Below are positions 27,839 through 36,397 of a DNA stretch of 37,150 bases, piece after piece. The position numbers were made by a program, and so were the translations under genes. Location of the stretch: NCBI GenBank assembly GCA_964503265.1, contig CAZCYO010000005.1:1-37150 (forward strand), read 5' to 3'. Within the stretch, counting starts at the first letter, position 1; each line of letters opens with the position of its first letter. The stretch is from an uncultured Gammaproteobacteria bacterium. GTDB lineage: Bacteria; Patescibacteriota; Microgenomatia; Levybacterales; UBA12049. A model generated the notes under the pieces. It had not been told where the DNA came from and ran no database searches. It was given only the letters and a program-made list of their open reading frames with translations.

Positions 27839-28118
27839 AAAAAAAGCCCTTGCAAAACCACAAAGAAAATTGTGATCTTACAAGGGCTTATTACAAGCGG
27901 TGCCACCTTGCGAGTGTCTCTATAAAAAAATGCTCCCATTACGGAAGCAAAATCATGAAAGAAACCTTATTCATGACGTGCTTAATCTTCTTTGACTCAA
28001 CTTGTGCTGAGCTTGCCGAAGCAATTCACGTTACTGACTGTTACCCACGTTCGTCTGTGGCGCATTATGTATTTTGCGAAAGCTCCCTAGGGTCCAAAAT
28101 TCCCAGATCAACGCTTAT
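27839..28118 (-). ncRNA. T-box riboswitch leader, ultra-short Stem I, Trp specifier, transcription-termination type
   Basis: K-turn Stem I at 28114-28082 with UGG at 28096-28094; antiterminator CAAGG-UGGCACC-GCUU/AAGC-CCUUG at 27910-27881; competing terminator 27889-27844 followed by a U tract. Confidence 0.85.
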
Positions 28119-28124
28119 AGATGT

Positions 28125-28152
28125 ATTTTAGCGTAAAAATAGTTTTTGTCAA
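28125..28152 (-). promoter_or_regulatory. Sigma70 promoter for the T-box leader
   Basis: TTGACA(28152-28147)-N16-TAAAAT(28130-28125). Confidence 0.7.
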
Positions 28153-28157
28153 ATTGT

Positions 28158-28190
28158 GTGAAGAGGAGGATGCGTCGTCCTTCTCTTCAC
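28158..28190. terminator. Hairpin, probable terminator of the small-ORF cluster
   Basis: GTGAAGAGGAGGA...TCCTTCTCTTCAC, immediately after the 28198 stop. Confidence 0.6.
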
Positions 28191-28197
28191 AGTGGGT

Positions 28198-28431
28198 TTA
28201 CCACGTGATAGTGAAGTCCGGCGGACAGTTAGGAGCGCAAGGCGATGGTGGCAGTGTGAGAACAACCATCAGAATTCCGCACGCGATAAAGATCAAGGCG
28301 ACAAGTATAATGACTGCCTGCACGTTATCCTCATGTGTCATCTGTTCAGACGCATGGCTCGTGTTTCCCACCAGCCCAAAGAACAGACATACGATACCAA
28401 TCACCATGAACCCACACCCGATCCAGCTCAT
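28198..28431 (-). CDS. Small two-TM hypothetical protein
   Basis: GGAG SD; ATGA overlap with the upstream ORF stop. Confidence 0.6.
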   Translation of the reverse strand: MSWIGCGFMVIGIVCLFFGLVGNTSHASEQMTHEDNVQAVIILVALIFIACGILMVVLTLPPSPCAPNCPPDFTITW

Positions 28432-28646
28432 TTCTTCTCTCCTTCTTTCTTCTCATCAGTTGGAACTGTGAGAAGAAGAATAGCGATAAAGGCTAGTACC
28501 GCTGCATCAAAGCGCTCCTCTAGAAGCGCCAAGATGAACAGATACGTAGCCACTTTCACCACAACGACGTCGTAGATAACACCAAGTTTCTCTTGCACCT
28601 GACACCTCTCTTCTTTGATACCGATTTCAATCCATGACGACTTCAT
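28428..28646 (-). CDS. Small two-TM hypothetical protein
   Basis: GGAG SD; hydrophobic core; charged termini. Confidence 0.55.
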   Translation of the reverse strand: MKSSWIEIGIKEERCQVQEKLGVIYDVVVVKVATYLFILALLEERFDAAVLAFIAILLLTVPTDEKKEGEKK

Positions 28647-28722
28647 GACTCTTCTCCATCGTATGGGTGTGATGTGTAGGTGGAGGGGTAAACAGTCGTG
28701 TAATCGTTACCTCACAGTGAGG

Positions 28723-29037
28723 TCACGAAGGCGTGTTTTCAACCTGCACGTCGGCAATCTTCCGCTCCTGCACACGAGCGTTCATATACTCGATGTGCGC
28801 GAACAGTGAGAGAACTCCCAGAAGCAGCAGACATGCCAGCGTGAAGAACAGTGCTTCTTCCCTGATTCGGCTCACACCGAGAGAAATCACTGCCCCTATA
28901 TACACTCCAACCGCCGTGATCGCAAACATATTCCCCACCTCCCGGTAGTAAACCGCAAGTTCACTGGGGGTCAACAGCTCCTGCCTTTCAGCAAGGCTGA
29001 GCATCGGGTGCCGAGAGTTGAATCCTGGGTCCCACAT
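28723..29037 (-). CDS. Small two-TM hypothetical protein
   Basis: AAAGGAAG upstream; two hydrophobic segments. Confidence 0.6.
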   Translation of the reverse strand: MWDPGFNSRHPMLSLAERQELLTPSELAVYYREVGNMFAITAVGVYIGAVISLGVSRIREEALFFTLACLLLLGVLSLFAHIEYMNARVQERKIADVQVENTPS

Positions 29038-29201
29038 GGTAATCTCTTCCTTTCTTTGTTTACCCCTCCCTCAAGCCGCAGAGGCCTCCCGCGGCTTAAT
29101 AGAAGAGTAAACAAAACATCCTCCTCAATTATTAATGTACTGTTTTTCCTACTTAGCTTCATAACGCAATTGTTATGGCTTAGGAAAAACAAAAAACGCA
29201 C

Positions 29202-29327
29202 AAAAAAACCTCCTAGTAGGAGGTACTCTGTGCGTAAATAATAAAACCTATTTCATTCTTTCCACCAGCTTACCTCCGTTTAGGAACGGTAAATAAGCCA
29301 AGTAATAGAAATTGAAACGGTTTTCAT
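29202..29327 (-). promoter_or_regulatory. Candidate ribosome-mediated attenuator (leader peptide MKTVSISITWLIYRS at 29327-29280, antiterminator, terminator)
   Basis: GGAGGUA (29277-29271) is complementary to UACCUCC (29225-29219); terminator ACCUCCU-ACU-AGGAGGU plus U tract. Confidence 0.6.
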
Positions 29328-29338
29328 AGATTCAAATT

Positions 29339-29367
29339 AGTATACAAAAGATATATATATCTGTCAA
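29339..29367 (-). promoter_or_regulatory. Consensus sigma70 promoter
   Basis: TTGACA(29367-29362)-N17-TATACT(29344-29339). Confidence 0.85.
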
Positions 29368-29377
29368 ACCATACGCT

Positions 29378-29402
29378 GTCATTCTCGACTGGATCGAGAA
29401 TC
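29378..29402. repeat. GTCAT-type REP-like palindrome
   Basis: GTCATTCTCGACTGGATCGAGAATC. Confidence 0.85.
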
Positions 29403-29474
29403 ATTTTGATAGATCCGAATAAGAATAATCATAATTTTCTATGGCATGTGAGGTGGTTCAGATAAAGTATCCAC

Positions 29475-30719
<1,245 letters not shown>

Positions 30720-30813
30720 CTAATTTGAAATTTAAAATTTTAATTTTCAATCAAATCTCAATGTTTTAATGTTTAAAAATTGATTAAAAATTTCAAATTG
30801 TAAATTAAAAATT
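30720..30813. repeat. AT-rich imperfect palindromic element (same family as 747..849)
   Basis: Same ordered blocks as 747..849; overlaps the murD stop. Confidence 0.7.
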
Positions 30814-32182
30814 ACATTAACCCCCTCACTGCTTCTTTAAACAAATTCCCTCTCTCTTTATAATTTTTAAACATCCCGAAGCTGGCACAAGCTGGTGAGA
30901 GAAGTACGACATTCCCCTCGGTTGCGATTTTTGCAGCTGCGAGCACCACCTGCTCCATATTTGTAGCACCTTCAATAAATAAAATTTCGGATTTCGGATT
31001 TCGGATTTCGGATTTAATCTTCTCCCATTCCTCCCCAATCCCAATAATTGCCTTTATATTCTTAGCAGTACTAATAACTTTTCCAAGCTCGGTAAAATCA
31101 GATCCTTTGCTGTGTCCACCTAAAATAAGTATCTCTGGAACTGAAAATGCCTCGATCGCCGCTATAGCTGTCTCAGGCGTGGTTGAGAACGAATCATCGT
31201 AGTACCCTACTCCTCCTACTGTTTTAACCAGTTCTAGACGGTGTTCAAGCCCTGAAAACGATGTTAAGACAGCCACAATGCTCTCTTTTGAGACTCCTGA
31301 CAATGTCGCAGCCATAACAGCCGCACAGACATTCTCTAGATTATGTTTTCCAGGAAGCAACACATCTTTACTATCAATCACTTTTTCTTCTTTTCCATGT
31401 TGTCTCAGATACACTATGCCTTTTTCAACATAACAGCCTTGATCAGTCGTTCGTTCACGACTTACCTGGTAAATCTGTCCTTCAGTATAAATATCTGATT
31501 CATGCGTAGCTATGTAATCACGATTTAAAATCGCGATATCGTTTCGTTCCTGGAAGCGAAGGATATTTCGTTTTGCATCAACATACTCGTAGGTGTCTTT
31601 ATGATAATCCAAATGATCACTGGTAATCATAAGCATAACTGCGATATGAGGACTACTATGCAGGTCATGGAGTTGAAAACTCGAGAGTTCTAAGACCACG
31701 ATAGATTGAGGCGTTAATTTACTCAAAAACGTTAATGGAGGAAGCCCAATATTTCCGCCTAGATATGCATCTTTTCCTTCTTTTTTTAACATTTCAGTTA
31801 TTAGTGTCGAAGTGGTACCTTTTCCTTTCGTCCCAGTCACACCAATGATTGGACATGGAGATGCATCGAAAAATAGCTGCGTATGAGAAGTGATGACTAC
31901 CCCTTTTTCTTTTGCTTGTTGAACTTCAGGAAGAAGAGACGAAATTCCCGGACTTCGAACGATAATATCAAACTCTTGTAGATGTGTGAGGTAGTCTTCG
32001 CCAAGAATAAACTCAGTAATACCCATCTGTTTAAGACCTGCGACGAGTGTTCGGTCGAGATCTGCTTCTTTTTTATGATCAAGCATCGTGATCTGTGCCT
32101 GTTTCGTTGAGAGGAAATGTGCGGTTGCAACACCTTCCAGGCCAATTCCTAAAATACCAATTTTTTTATTCGTAAAATCCAT
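30812..32182 (-). CDS. murD: UDP-N-acetylmuramoyl-L-alanine--D-glutamate ligase
   Basis: GVTGTKGKGTT, GGNIG, LELSSFQL, DHLDYH, GLEHRLE, LLSPACASFGMF. Confidence 0.96.
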   Translation of the reverse strand: MDFTNKKIGILGIGLEGVATAHFLSTKQAQITMLDHKKEADLDRTLVAGLKQMGITEFILGEDYLTHLQEFDIIVRSPGISSLLPEVQQAKEKGVVITSHTQLFFDASPCPIIGVTGTKGKGTTSTLITEMLKKEGKDAYLGGNIGLPPLTFLSKLTPQSIVVLELSSFQLHDLHSSPHIAVMLMITSDHLDYHKDTYEYVDAKRNILRFQERNDIAILNRDYIATHESDIYTEGQIYQVSRERTTDQGCYVEKGIVYLRQHGKEEKVIDSKDVLLPGKHNLENVCAAVMAATLSGVSKESIVAVLTSFSGLEHRLELVKTVGGVGYYDDSFSTTPETAIAAIEAFSVPEILILGGHSKGSDFTELGKVISTAKNIKAIIGIGEEWEKIKSEIRNPKSEILFIEGATNMEQVVLAAAKIATEGNVVLLSPACASFGMFKNYKERGNLFKEAVRGLM

Positions 32183-32195
32183 AATTATATGTATT

Positions 32196-32220
32196 GTCAT
32201 TCCCGACCTGATCGGGAATC
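32196..32220. repeat. GTCAT-type REP-like palindrome
   Basis: GTCATTCCCGACCTGATCGGGAATC between murI and murD. Confidence 0.85.
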
Positions 32221-32227
32221 ATGTGTA

Positions 32228-33028
32228 TTATACAATAACTTTCTCTATATACATTTCATTCGATATTTTTCCGCCGAGTAAAATTCCGATAACTTCGCTA
32301 AATAATCGTTCATCCCCTGTCGTAGACATGATATCTTCCTGTATGTGAGATGGGTTACTTGTTTGCTTTTCGAGTACTCTCTCAAGCTGCCGAGCGATTG
32401 CTTCTCCTGAATCAAAAACCTGCATGTGTTCCCCTAGAATTCGCTGTATCACGGGTTTTAAAAATGGGAAATGAGTGCATCCAAGAACGAGCGTGTCGCA
32501 ATGGTTGATACTAAATGGTTCCAGAATTCGCTCTAATACATGTTCAACTACTTCGCCATCAATCTCTCCACTTTCAATAAGCGGAACTAATTCATCTGTC
32601 CCGATCGAGGTAACGATACAGTCATTAGCAAACTGCGCTATGAGATCATCCAGATACTGACTTTGTGTGGTTCTCGTGGTTGAAAGTACTCCAATTTGCT
32701 TATTCTCGGAACGTTCAACCGCTAGTTTAATGACTGGAACCGTGCCGATAAAGGTAGTGTCTGGGAATGTGTCTCGTAACGTATCTAAACACGTGACAGT
32801 GATCGTATTACACGCGATAACAATTGTTTCTATTTCTTTTTGCGTAAGATATCGTACAAGATCTATAGACCGTTTTGTAATAAAATCAGACGATTTCGCT
32901 CCATATGGAATGTTCAGAGAATCAGCAAGGTAGATAACAGGAAGCGATAGATTTTTAGCGTTAATTTCACGATATACGCTCAGCCCTCCCACTCCAGAAT
33001 CAATAATCCCAATACGTTTTTCCTGCAT
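32228..33028 (-). CDS. murI: Glutamate racemase
   Basis: DSGVGGLSV, PYGAKS, IACNT, VLGCTHFP. Confidence 0.96.
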   Translation of the reverse strand: MQEKRIGIIDSGVGGLSVYREINAKNLSLPVIYLADSLNIPYGAKSSDFITKRSIDLVRYLTQKEIETIVIACNTITVTCLDTLRDTFPDTTFIGTVPVIKLAVERSENKQIGVLSTTRTTQSQYLDDLIAQFANDCIVTSIGTDELVPLIESGEIDGEVVEHVLERILEPFSINHCDTLVLGCTHFPFLKPVIQRILGEHMQVFDSGEAIARQLERVLEKQTSNPSHIQEDIMSTTGDERLFSEVIGILLGGKISNEMYIEKVIV

Positions 33029-33032
33029 AAAC

Positions 33033-33902
33033 TTAAAAACACGTTACCTGGAGGGCATTTTTATCTGAGTTCCATGATTTAATCGCACCCCGTGGGCACT
33101 CAGACGTACCGGCGCGTTGCCTGACATACAGATTGGCAGATATGCCATTTGACTCATAACAAAATCCTTGCTGCTGGACGGTCCCACAATTTGCTGCTGG
33201 TGCATTCGTTCGCGTAAATACATCATAATAAAACTGACTCATTTCTCCACGTGCGATAAGATCACTAAACCAGGATGTGTGTTCTGGAACCGTCTGCCGC
33301 GGATAGGTATCATTTGCAAGAACAGTTTGTTGGAGTAACGCAACGAATTTATAGAATACAATATCTTGCAGTTTATCGAGAATTGACAGTGGGATATCGA
33401 CAACTTCTTGAATAAACGTAATATTTGTCACTTGTGTTTCATTCCTAATAATTGTCACATTCGTTTGAGAATTCGTACAGACTGGTTGATTCGCATTTCC
33501 ACACGAAGAGACTCCAGGAATAATAGCAGTCACAAGTGTGATCGGCAATCCAATTGATTGACGGAAGAACGCCCATGCTTTATCAACACTGGTCGTTGTC
33601 GTCGTTGATGGAGGGATTTGGAGCGGTACGTCAGAAGAAGTGGATTCAGAAGATGAGCTACTGCCTGTGCGATCAGCAAGTGGAGTCCCACTTTGTGTAC
33701 TAGTAATCGGCGGCAAAAAGGCTCGAATGTCAGTAACAGGCTGTGCAGCAGGAGTTGGCTGCGTCTGCAAATACTCAGTTCTGGTCATAACGGTTTGTTT
33801 CGGTTGTTTACGAAACAGCAGCAGAACCGCAACTACCCCAAAAAGCACAATTATCCCAGCACACACTGCATACAGTATTTTTTTACGTAACCCATCATCC
33901 AT
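33033..33902 (-). CDS. Hypothetical single-TM surface protein, Ser/Thr-rich linker, Cys-containing C-terminus
   Basis: N-terminal TM, SSSSSESTSS and STTTTTS tracts, five extracytoplasmic Cys; 4 nt upstream of murI. Confidence 0.7.
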   Translation of the reverse strand: MDDGLRKKILYAVCAGIIVLFGVVAVLLLFRKQPKQTVMTRTEYLQTQPTPAAQPVTDIRAFLPPITSTQSGTPLADRTGSSSSSESTSSDVPLQIPPSTTTTTSVDKAWAFFRQSIGLPITLVTAIIPGVSSCGNANQPVCTNSQTNVTIIRNETQVTNITFIQEVVDIPLSILDKLQDIVFYKFVALLQQTVLANDTYPRQTVPEHTSWFSDLIARGEMSQFYYDVFTRTNAPAANCGTVQQQGFCYESNGISANLYVRQRAGTSECPRGAIKSWNSDKNALQVTCF

Positions 33903-33960
33903 AGATTCATTGTCGCAAGTGAGGCAAGCAGAGTCAAGAAAGGTGAGATGATATGTTATG

Positions 33961-34034
33961 TAGCAGGAGTGGGGATCGAACCCACGACCTCAGCGTTATG
34001 AATGCTGTGCTCTAACCGACTGAGCTACCCTGCC
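33961..34034 (-). tRNA. tRNA-Met(CAU), probably elongator
   Basis: GGCAGGG...TAGCTCAGTCGGTTAGAGC...TTCATAA...GGTTCGATCC...TCCTGCT A; CCA not encoded; TTGTAT-N17-TAAAAT upstream. Confidence 0.92.
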
Positions 34035-34097
34035 AAGAAATCGAAGCTGAGTGCAATTTTATCATGTTCAAAAAAGAAATACAAAACGAAGCTAAGG

Positions 34098-34126
34098 TTG
34101 ACCCCCTCACCCGTGCCTGTTATAAT
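34098..34126 (+). promoter_or_regulatory. Sigma70 promoter for the plus-strand tRNA
   Basis: TTGACC-N17-TATAAT. Confidence 0.85.
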
Positions 34127-34135
34127 GATTTTACG

Positions 34136-34204
34136 CGCGGGTTAGTGTACAGTGCACGCGAGGCTCATAATCTTGCAGGCTAGGCGCAACTCCTAGACCC
34201 GCAA
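34136..34204 (+). tRNA. Non-canonical initiator-like tRNA-Met(CAU)
   Basis: Cloverleaf with C1xA72 mismatch, CTCATAA anticodon loop, 5-nt D loop, T loop CGCAACT; own promoter and terminator. Confidence 0.75.
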
Positions 34205-34211
34205 CACTACG

Positions 34212-34239
34212 AAAAAAAGACCAGAAATGGTCTTTTTTT
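34212..34239. terminator. Bidirectional intrinsic terminator
   Basis: A7-GACC-AGAAAT-GGTC-T7. Confidence 0.8.
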
Positions 34240-34394
34240 GTATCATTTTTCCACGAAAAAGGCGCTGCCCCAGGAATTACCCTAGAACAGCGCCTTGTGT
34301 GTACCGTGTGACGAACTATCGATATCCGAGTATCGATGCGTATGTATACACTGAAAAAAAGAGAGGCAGTTCTCTATCTCAGCATCGACAGACG

Positions 34395-35156
34395 CTACCG
34401 ATCTCGCATAGCACGAAGAAGACCAATCATGTCAAAACCATCATCGTCGCGGAGATACTCGCCGAGTGACGAGATATCCGCAATTCCGACGGCATTGAGA
34501 AGGGTTTCCAAAATACCCAACCCGGTGCTGCGAGGTGCCGAAGCCAACCTCTCCTGCAAGAAGCGGTTTGCCACCTGCAAATGTTGTGTCGCTGTGGCAG
34601 TAACGATATGGCGCACAGCAGGCATGCGACGTTCCACAACTTGCCAGAAGCGACGACGGAACGCCTCTTCCTGGAGGAGGCTCACGTAGCGAGGCGGCAC
34701 ACAGATGGCATCAAGTGGGATGCGCATCAGGTTACCCCCGAATTCAGCAGCAGACTGTGCGAAGAGAGCAATCAACTCAGAAGGCATAGTTTCGACGATC
34801 TTGCCGAGTTCAAGAATAGCTGGATAATCCAGCAGATCAGCGAGAAGCTCGGTATTGTCCTCATAGACCACAAGGTCATAGAGGACACGTGTAGATGATG
34901 GCCGACCATATCCGCGAGGCAGATAAAGCGCCGCGAACGGGATCTGACCACTGAGAAGATTCAGAGACAGAGCTTCAGTTTCGAAAGGAAGATACGCCCG
35001 TGCATGGACGAGAACATGCTCAGCTTCGTTCACCTCATGATCCGGAACCCAAGACGAGAAACACGTACTGCACAAGCAGTGCATACTGAGAACATTCTGG
35101 TCGATCTCGAGATGATCAGCCTCTGTGAATCCATACGCCTGTAGAGTTGTAGCCAT
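34395..35156 (-). CDS. Hypothetical protein (accessory)
   Basis: AGGAG SD; 253 aa; HCLCSTC near the N-terminus. Confidence 0.7.
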   Translation of the reverse strand: MATTLQAYGFTEADHLEIDQNVLSMHCLCSTCFSSWVPDHEVNEAEHVLVHARAYLPFETEALSLNLLSGQIPFAALYLPRGYGRPSSTRVLYDLVVYEDNTELLADLLDYPAILELGKIVETMPSELIALFAQSAAEFGGNLMRIPLDAICVPPRYVSLLQEEAFRRRFWQVVERRMPAVRHIVTATATQHLQVANRFLQERLASAPRSTGLGILETLLNAVGIADISSLGEYLRDDDGFDMIGLLRAMRDR

Positions 35157-35246
35157 ATAATAGACTCCTCTCCTTAGACTGTTTGTCTCTCACTTCTGCC
35201 TCATTAGAGTATTGCTACTCCAACAGCTACTAATATCCGATCAGTA

Positions 35247-35369
35247 GCAAGCGAAGACGAAAGAAAAAGGAACAGATTATTGTTATACAGAATTGTCATT
35301 CTGGAAGACAACGATCTTCCCAGAATCCAACATAACACCACATTTCCCTTCCCTATCACCTTCGCTTGC
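35247..35369 (-). other. Rod-like hairpin of about 120 nt in the leader of the 35156 gene
   Basis: GCAAGCGAAG/CTTCGCTTGC outer stem, purine/pyrimidine tracts pairing inward, capped by a GTCATTCTGG-type palindrome at about 35295-35328; promoter TTGACA-N17-TATACT at 35492-35464. Confidence 0.55.
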
Positions 35370-35527
35370 ATGAAAAATTAGAATAAGTCACACGATGTTA
35401 AAGAACGATTTGTTATCTACTCAGTCTCGCAAATGAGACGAGATAATAAAAAATGTACCAGGAAGTATATAAAAAAACAGATGGGGTGTCAAAGGCTATG
35501 GGGTATGAATTGGTGGATTTTTTGCAC

Positions 35528-35743
35528 AAAAAAAGCAGGATGCTGTCTGTAGGGAATATTACTCCTGCCCTGAGCTACATTCTTACTACAGACAACATTC
35601 TGCTTTCTTAGAAAAAAACATCGACAAAACTATGAAAGGTGCTATCGCCGCGGTAATTTCTTGGGCAGATAAAAGAAACACCCTTCATACTCTTGTCGAT
35701 AAAAGTATGTCCATATCTTATCATACTATAAGCCTTTTGTCAA
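35528..35743 (-). ncRNA. Candidate small RNA of about 180 nt with two long hairpins (promoter included in span)
   Basis: TTGACA(35743)-N17-TAAGAT(35715); stems 35700-35678/35642-35620 and 35606-35586/35552-35532, each followed by a U tract. Confidence 0.5.
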
Positions 35744-35806
35744 GTTTTTTGTGCGGTTTGTGATTTCTTGGAGCGGCATACGCCGCTCCAAGAAAGATGA
35801 GAGAGG

Positions 35807-36175
35807 TTAAGCCTCGATCTCGCGAACGCGAGCCATGAGGGCCTCGTTCTCCGGATAATCGGAGAATTTAGTTCGGACGACCTCGTGGATGAGAAGCTTC
35901 ATTACGGCTTCAATGTCTGACACATCGAGATCTGCCAAAAAAGCGAAGAAACCCATGGAGACCTCGTCTTCGTAGAAGTCAAACGAGGTATCGGCGTCCC
36001 CCAAGATAGAAGCAAGCTTATTAGCTATACTCTTCACTTGGGAAACTATGTCATCAGGGTGCCGAGCTTCAATTCCTTGGTGGAGGACATAAATAAGATA
36101 CCCCGTGACTTCATCACGAAGCTCTTGTTCTTGTCCATACTGCCAGAATTGTGGAACCTCATGTGGCAGTGGCAT
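35807..36175 (-). CDS. Hypothetical acidic helical protein (accessory)
   Basis: GGGAGG SD before MPLPHE; 122 aa. Confidence 0.65.
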   Translation of the reverse strand: MPLPHEVPQFWQYGQEQELRDEVTGYLIYVLHQGIEARHPDDIVSQVKSIANKLASILGDADTSFDFYEDEVSMGFFAFLADLDVSDIEAVMKLLIHEVVRTKFSDYPENEALMARVREIEA

Positions 36176-36397
36176 AGCCACCTCCCTATATAGAGCACCC
36201 CTCCTTATGAGACACACTGTCTCTGGAGAGAATCTCTTAAAAAAAGACTATACATAGTCTCCTTATAAGAAATTCTCCTTGGGGCGGAGCGTGCTTGCGC
36301 ACACCCCGCCACCATATGAAGCAAGATAGATTCGTGTCACATTCCCGTTCTTTCGAACGAGCAAGCCCCGAGTGACTCGGTTGTGTAAGAAGAAGTG

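Noticed and set aside
27997-28065. 22-aa uORF MRHRRTWVTVSNVNCFGKLSTS inside the T-box leader, as a Trp leader peptide
   Set aside because: It has no SD, is not at the transcript start, has a single Trp, and I could not build a convincing attenuator pairing around it; the T-box explains the leader
27850-28471. Plus-strand ORFs 27850..28131 and 28121..28471
   Set aside because: They overlap the T-box leader and the minus-strand small ORFs, and look non-coding in composition
34136-34204. Assignment as tRNA-Ile2 (lysidine)
   Set aside because: The C1xA72 mismatch and CGCGGG acceptor stem favour an initiator origin, though identity is not proven
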